Shown piece by piece: positions 62,559-64,000 of a stretch of DNA of 64,000 bases. The notes under the pieces are model-generated. The model worked only from the letters and a program-made list of their open reading frames with translations, had not been told where the DNA came from and did no database searches. Where the stretch lies: contig NC_043009.1 in assembly GCF_006345805.1 (NCBI RefSeq), positions 47,306,001 to 47,370,000 of the forward strand, written 5' to 3'. Both the position numbers and the translations under genes were made by a program. Source of the DNA: Octopus sinensis. Taxonomy: Eukaryota. Numbering within the stretch: the first letter of the stretch is position 1; the number at the start of each line of letters is the position of its first letter.

Positions 62559-62889
62559 ATATAAATAGACACAGACACACATGCTCAAAGGCATGTTCAA
62601 ATTATTTGTTATTCAATACAGTGGTGAAATTATTACCTTGCTTACAAACAGACGAGGGTTGGCATTTACAAAGGGAATCGGACCATAGAAAATTTTGTCG
62701 CAAAGAAGTACTATCTAACCCATGCAAGCATGTAAAAGTAAGATGTTAAAACGATGATGATGATATAAGATATGATATAGGTATACATAGTATGTATTGC
62801 CATTTGCATAGAAGCTTAGGAAGTTCAGTTACAGGCAAATGGTTTCATGTGACACATTGATAATATGGACAGCGTGATAGTGATATGAA

Positions 62890-63170
62890 AGCGCATGGCT
62901 TAGTGGTTAGAGTGTCGGGCTTACAATCATGAGGTTGTGAGTTTGATTCCTGGACCAGGATGTGTGTTGTGTTCTTGCACAACACACTTTATTTCCCATT
63001 GCACCAGTTCACTCAGCTGTAGAAAATGAGTTGCGATGTCACAGGTGCCAAGCTTAATTTGCCTTTCCCTTGGATAACATTGGTGACATGGAGAGGGCAG
63101 GCTGGTATGCATGGGTGACCGCTAGTCTTCCATGAACAATCTTGCCAGAACGTGTGTCTTGAGATAGTGA
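62890..63170 (+). mobile_element. SINE family D (intronic)
   Basis: gcatggcttagtggttagagtg head and core. Confidence 0.75.
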
Positions 63171-63198
63171 TTTATCTCAATAAGATGATAAATGTACC

Positions 63199-63480
63199 TA
63201 GGGGCATAGCTAGGGTGGGGCAAACTGGGCACATGCCCTGGGCACCACTTTGAGGTTGATGCAATTTTGGCCAACATATTTTTCTAATTAAGCCATTAAA
63301 AAAGATTCTAAAACCTTTTCAGGCATGGTTTGTTTTGCTTATCACCATCCATGCCACTGAGCAGAATAAGTGTTCTCACTTGACTTCACGAAATGCATGC
63401 GCTGCTTTTTGGTTGGGATAGGGGAAGGGCCACAGTTTTGATGCTTGCCCTGGGCACCATTTACCCAAGCCGCATCCCTG
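63199..63480. mobile_element. hAT-type MITE with 8-bp TSD
   Basis: Imperfect TIRs taggggcatagctagggt / acccaagccgcatccctg; flanks aatgtacc / attgtacc. Confidence 0.6.
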
Positions 63481-63614
63481 ATTGTACCCCATTACATTAC
63501 TGGCACAATGATGTACCATTGTAACACTGTGATATGCAGCAAGAACTTTGACATTATATGTGAATAAAAGAGACTGATATGCAATAACGTTGACATAATG
63601 ATATTTATACTTAC

Positions 63615-63760
63615 TTGAAGACTGGCAAAGCAATATTATCTAGAAAACTAATTTGTTGTTCTGGGATCTTTGCACGTTCTCTGTCCATCATTTCTATTGG
63701 TTTGTGACCCAGAGCTTTTTCAAGGTCACCCTGAGAGAAGAATTCCTGGTAAATCAGTCC
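63615..63760 (-). CDS. PDE2A: PDE2A-like cyclic nucleotide phosphodiesterase, penultimate coding exon (catalytic domain C-terminal part)
   Basis: Acceptor ttgtcttttctag|, donor |gtaagt, 146 bp. Translates [48 protein letters not shown](N), an ungapped match to the recalled human PDE2A segment [48 protein letters not shown]. Confidence 0.95.
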
Positions 63761-63784
63761 CTAGAAAAGACAACATAATATTAA

Positions 63785-63956
63785 CCCTTTAATATTCGGA
63801 TTGCTTTGTCAAATATAATATCTATCTATTTATATTGTTTTGAATTAATCATGCATTATCTTGTAGAGATTTCAATGATGTGATTGTTTAGTGTTAGAAT
63901 GACATTGTAGAGTTGAGGTGAGAGGCTGGATCTGGCCAGTTTTGACATAAAACAGG
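63785..63956 (+). mobile_element. Truncated TTAA|CCC-start MITE followed by a family A fragment at the window edge
   Basis: ttaaccctttaatattc.gatt start; family A tail on the minus strand from ~63957. Confidence 0.5.
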
Positions 63957-64000
63957 TCGAGCAAATTGACCCCAGGACTTATTCTTTGCAAGCCTAGTAC

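Overview
AT-rich, microsatellite- and SINE-dense eukaryotic DNA, most consistent with an octopus genome (inferred from repeat content, not proven). The only host gene I can support is a minus-strand cGMP-stimulated phosphodiesterase (PDE2A-like). Its last two coding exons lie at 63615-63760 and 60688-60862, and the rest of the gene is beyond the right edge. The other ~60 kb is putative 3' UTR and intergenic DNA made of nested mobile-element relics: a near-full-length decayed Chapaev3-type DNA transposon, Helitron Rep and mini-Helitron pieces, Penelope-like (GIY-YIG) remnants, RTE, BovB-like and R4/Dong LINE 3' ends, Tc1/mariner, hAT and TTAA-flanked MITEs, and at least four SINE-like families. 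The most notable unexplained structure is a dispersed set of minimal type-I hammerhead-ribozyme-like motifs inside Penelope-type terminal repeats (16302, 19564, 23531, 27053, 44394, plus atypical ones at 3145 and 3262). Several of these, and other inserts, form long fold-back (inverted) structures. All coordinates and alignments were read by eye and no searches were run. No rRNA, true tRNA or CRISPR features are supported.
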